Below are positions 53,235-56,517 of a DNA stretch of 56,517 bases, in pieces. Position 1 is the stretch's first letter; every line of letters starts with the position of its first letter. The notes beneath the pieces are model-generated. The model was not told the origin of the DNA. It was given only the letters and a program-made list of their open reading frames with translations, and made no database searches. The translations under genes were made by a program, and so were the position numbers. Origin of the DNA: Anaerolineae bacterium (GTDB lineage: Bacteria > Chloroflexota > Anaerolineae > UBA1429); assembly GCA_035529675.1 (NCBI GenBank), contig DATKWG010000031.1, forward strand, positions 1-56,517, read 5' to 3'.

Positions 53235-54188
53235 ATGCCTGTGATCGTGAGTATCGGCGAGGCACTGGTGGAGATCATGCGCACTGGTCGTGATCAGCCC
53301 CTCGACCGCCCGGGCGGCTTCTCGGGCCCATATCCGAGTGGTGCTCCAGCGATCTTTGCCAGCGCCGCCGCCCGACTCGGCGCAGAGGTGGGTTTTGTGG
53401 GCACTGTGGGCGACGATTCTTTTGGCGATTGTGTGACTGACCGGCTGCTGGCCGATGGCATCGATTGCTCTTGCCTACAGCGTACAAGAGAACGTCTCAC
53501 AGGCATCGCGTTCGTGGCCTACCGGTCGGACGGGAGCCGCTCTTTCGTGTTTCATCTGGCCCAATCGGCAGCGGCCCTGGTGAACGTCGCTCAACTTGCC
53601 GAGGGGTTTCTTGATGAGACCCGCTACCTCCACATCATGGGGTCTTCGCTCTCCATAAGCGAGGAGATGCGAGAAACCTGTTACCACGCTGCTCGCCTGG
53701 TTCACGAGCGCGGGGGCACGGTGAGTCTCGACCCCAATCTTCGCCCTGAGCTCATGCCAGTCCAGCGCATCAGCGCTGTTTGCGAGCCCATTCTTGAGGT
53801 AGCCAGCATCGTCCTGCCCAGTGGTGAAGAGGCCACCGCTCTGACCGGCACACAAGCGCCAGAGGAAGCTGCAAGATGCCTGTTGGCCAGGGGAGTTCGC
53901 CTGGTGGCCCTCAAGCAAGGCGAGATGGGGTGCACTCTCTTCGCGCCCAGGGCGACAATCCATATTCCGGCATACGCGGTTGACGAGGTTGACCCTACAG
54001 GGGCGGGAGATTGCTTCGATGCCGCGCTGCTGGTGGGACTCTCCGAGGGTTGGCCGATTGAGGCGTCCGGGCTCTTTGCCAACGCCGTGGGCGCTTTGGC
54101 CACCACTCGGCTGGGCGCCATGGAGGGCACCTTCAGCCGCGACGTGGTGTACGAGTTCATGGCCTCTCAGGGGCGCAGTCTCCCCTGA
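53235..54188 (+). CDS. PfkB family sugar kinase (KdgK/fructokinase-like)
   Basis: IVSIGEALVE..., GG...N.A and the C-terminal DPTGAGDCF motif. Start taken at the ATG at 53235. Confidence 0.85.
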   Translation: MPVIVSIGEALVEIMRTGRDQPLDRPGGFSGPYPSGAPAIFASAAARLGAEVGFVGTVGDDSFGDCVTDRLLADGIDCSCLQRTRERLTGIAFVAYRSDGSRSFVFHLAQSAAALVNVAQLAEGFLDETRYLHIMGSSLSISEEMRETCYHAARLVHERGGTVSLDPNLRPELMPVQRISAVCEPILEVASIVLPSGEEATALTGTQAPEEAARCLLARGVRLVALKQGEMGCTLFAPRATIHIPAYAVDEVDPTGAGDCFDAALLVGLSEGWPIEASGLFANAVGALATTRLGAMEGTFSRDVVYEFMASQGRSLP

Positions 54189-54322
54189 TCCCACTACGCC
54201 GCCGCCCGCTTGGCCTATCCTCCACGGGGATCGCCACCGCCTGGGATCAGAGAGCTGCCCGGGAAGGCTCTTCCGGTGCTCGCCACGCTGGGACTTGAGT
54301 TCCCGCCGATAGCGAGAGTCCC

Positions 54323-55684
54323 TCAGACTGTTGTGTGCAACACGCTGCCGGCCCCCTCGGCGGAGCGGCATATGAACACGCTGGGCTCGATCCCGGTCTG
54401 CTCGCGATAGGCGCGGGCCACTGCTCCTTGGAACGCATCGCTGCTGTCCTGGGACACGACGGCAACGATACATCCACCCCATCCTGCACCAGTCAGGCGT
54501 GCGCCGACCGCTCCTGGGGCGGCATTGGCCAGACGCACCAGGGTCTCGATCTCGGGCGTGCTTATCTCATAGTCGTCTCGTGCGCTGGCATGGGCCTCGC
54601 GCATGAGCTGTCCAAAGGTCTCCATGTCTCCTGCTTCCAATGCCGCGACGGTCCGCAGCACTCGAGCGTTCTCTGTGATCACGTGCCGGCACCGCCTACG
54701 CACGAGGAAGGTATGGGCCTGGCTGGTCACGCCGCCGTCGAGTATCGCATCGGGGTCGATGCCCATCTGCAGCAGAGCCCCCCTGGGGATAACGTCGGGC
54801 AGCAAGGGCTCCAAGTCAGACCAGGGCAGGTGGCTCACATCGCGCAGGTGGGTTATGCTCGGATATCGTCGCCGCAAGAGTCGGACGCCGATGCGCCCCT
54901 CAGCGACCCGTGTGTTAAAGAGGGGGCCAGTGTTCTTGTGGCGCACTCCGCTATCGACTACGATGATGTCGTAGCCGGTGGGCAGAGGCACGTGCCTGAA
55001 CGTGTAGCCAGATGCACCTGCTGCGGGTCGGCAGTCCAGGAAAAGAGCGTGGCCGTGCCGGGCCAACACCGAGACAAAGTGGTCCATGATGCCTCCCCGC
55101 GTGCCTACGTACCACTCTGCCCGGCTGCACGATTCTGCCAGCTCTGCTCCCGACAACTCGATGCCATTGATAGCCACCAGGGCCACTGCGCTGGCAACAG
55201 TCAGGGCCGAAGAGGAAGACAGCCCGGCTCCCCGAGGAACGCCGTAGGGTGCGGCACCGTCTATCCAGGCGTCAAAGCCTCGGAGACCGGGGCCATACTC
55301 CCGTTCCAACAGTTGCGCAGGCCCCTGCAGATAGTTGGCCCAGTCGCCCACGGCACGCGGAGGGATGTCTGGGGCGATGGCAAAGCCTCTTTCGCCGAAC
55401 TCGGGCTCGCCGTTGGCCAACCTCACCAGCTGATCCGATCGCGCCCTGGCGCAGATCAGCACGTCTCTGTCTAGCGCCACGGGCAAGACGTAGCCATGAT
55501 TGTAGTCGGTGTGCTCTCCGATAAGGTTCACCCGTCCCGGGGCGCGGTAGACCGTCACCTCCCCGGGGCCATATCGTGCAGCGAAGGCTCGCACGGCGCG
55601 TTGATACCGGGCCGACTGTTCCTTCACCCTCTTTGGGTCATCGCCATAGATATGGCGCAGAGTCCCAACCAAGTAAGACGACAT
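54323..55684 (-). CDS. galK: galactokinase family protein (GHMP kinase)
   Basis: APGRVNLIGEHTDYN.GYVLP (galactokinase signature), PRGAGLSSSSAL (GHMP motif II) and TGAGWGGC (motif III). At 453 aa it is longer than a typical GalK. Confidence 0.85.
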   Translation of the reverse strand: MSSYLVGTLRHIYGDDPKRVKEQSARYQRAVRAFAARYGPGEVTVYRAPGRVNLIGEHTDYNHGYVLPVALDRDVLICARARSDQLVRLANGEPEFGERGFAIAPDIPPRAVGDWANYLQGPAQLLEREYGPGLRGFDAWIDGAAPYGVPRGAGLSSSSALTVASAVALVAINGIELSGAELAESCSRAEWYVGTRGGIMDHFVSVLARHGHALFLDCRPAAGASGYTFRHVPLPTGYDIIVVDSGVRHKNTGPLFNTRVAEGRIGVRLLRRRYPSITHLRDVSHLPWSDLEPLLPDVIPRGALLQMGIDPDAILDGGVTSQAHTFLVRRRCRHVITENARVLRTVAALEAGDMETFGQLMREAHASARDDYEISTPEIETLVRLANAAPGAVGARLTGAGWGGCIVAVVSQDSSDAFQGAVARAYREQTGIEPSVFICRSAEGAGSVLHTTV

Positions 55685-55753
55685 CGGTAATCAGCCCCCC
55701 GCATGATAGCGCAGTATAGCATCCGCAATCTTGTGGGGCAATGACACGTGTGC

Positions 55754-55782
55754 TTGAAAGTCAGCCAAGCCTGTGGCATACT
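55754..55782 (+). promoter_or_regulatory. promoter of the GT2 gene (TTGAAA-17-CATACT)
   Basis: TTGAAAgtcagccaagcctgtggCATACT. Confidence 0.45.
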
Positions 55783-55849
55783 GGGGGAAGCATGAGCGGA
55801 TACGTGTCTCCCCCCGGGGATCACATCGGCTCGGGCCGAATGGAGGAAA

Positions 55850-56517
55850 ATGGAGGATCAGGAGATCCTGGCAAGCATCGTGGTGCCAGCCCACAACGAG
55901 GAAGAGGCCATCGGAAGCGTGCTCGACGAAGTCATTGGCATAATGGTGCCGCTGGGCATCGCCTACGAGATCATCGTCGTCGATGACGGTTCGACCGATG
56001 GCACTCGTGCCGTATGCGAGCGTCGCCAAGGCGTCAAGGTCATCTCGCACCCCTACAATCGCGGGAGCGGGGCAGCGCGGAGCACCGGAGTTCGGGCTGC
56101 CAGGGGATGCTACGTGGTCATGATCGATGCCGACGGTAGCTACCCAACCGCTGCCATTCCCTCGATGCTTGACGATCTCGCCGAATACGACATGGTCATC
56201 GGCGCGCGGGATAGAGAGATGGGCACCTTGAGGTGGCTGCGTTCGGCCGCCAAGAACTTTATCAGGGCACTGGCTTCCTATCTCACCCAGACCAGAATCC
56301 CCGATCTCAACTCGGGGTTGCGTGCCATGAAGAGGGAGCAGGTGCTAGAGTTCCTGCCCATCCTGCCCACCACCCACTCTTGGGTGAGTACCATCACCAT
56401 GGCCTTCTTGAGCAACGGCTACAGCGTGGCATGGGTACCCATCGCATATCGCAAGCGCATCGGCCGTTCCTCGTTTCACCCTATCGCCGATACCTACAAC
56501 TATCTGTCGCTGGTGGT
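55850..56517 (+). CDS. family 2 glycosyltransferase (Dpm1/polyprenol-phosphate glycosyltransferase-like), 3' end outside the window
   Basis: MEDQEILASIVVPAHNEEEAI...YEIIVVDDGSTDGT...N.G.G.A...G...A.G..VV..DAD. This ORF is not in the supplied track because it runs off the window end. Confidence 0.85.
   Translation, partial: MEDQEILASIVVPAHNEEEAIGSVLDEVIGIMVPLGIAYEIIVVDDGSTDGTRAVCERRQGVKVISHPYNRGSGAARSTGVRAARGCYVVMIDADGSYPTAAIPSMLDDLAEYDMVIGARDREMGTLRWLRSAAKNFIRALASYLTQTRIPDLNSGLRAMKREQVLEFLPILPTTHSWVSTITMAFLSNGYSVAWVPIAYRKRIGRSSFHPIADTYNYLSLV

Overview
This is a 56.5-kb, high-GC (about 60% by eye) bacterial chromosomal window densely packed with housekeeping genes. The gene order is monoderm-like: rpmB divergent from asp23-DAK2-degV-recG, then coaD, yceD-rpmF and asp23-nusB. 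Combined with two T-box leaders, this fits a Chloroflexota-type genome, but that assignment is inference only.

Recognisable content:
- Translation and RNA genes: valS, rpmB, rpmF, rlmN, rsfS, nusB.
- Central metabolism: tkt, rpe, serA, trpB2, folC, ndk, coaD, myo-inositol-1-phosphate synthase, L-serine dehydratase.
- Other functions: tatA/tatC, recG, and several sugar, amidohydrolase and transporter genes.

I see no recognisable defence system, secretion system, prophage, CRISPR array or biosynthetic cluster, and I cannot point to a clear novel multi-gene system. The unusual material is mostly non-coding:
1. Two T-box leaders, Trp upstream of trpB2-serA and Val upstream of valS. In both, the specifier codon and the discriminator-pairing base agree with the downstream gene.
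2. Two families of modular MITE-like repeats (7 copies), which sit almost invariably 10-40 bp upstream of near-consensus -35 boxes. A 24-nt hairpin unit from one family also occurs inside the first codons of a HAD hydrolase gene.
3. An orphan promoter followed by a hand-folded, rod-like RNA candidate of about 185 nt ending in a T7 run.
4. A leader of about 270 nt with a uORF and repeated GAGAGAG motifs upstream of an sdaA / dapA-like operon.
5. Local decay scars: a frameshifted IS transposase, a permease remnant and a bcp remnant.

All structures and promoters were derived by eye. Gene starts were often moved from the longest-ORF start using RBS and promoter positions, and they are less certain than the stops.
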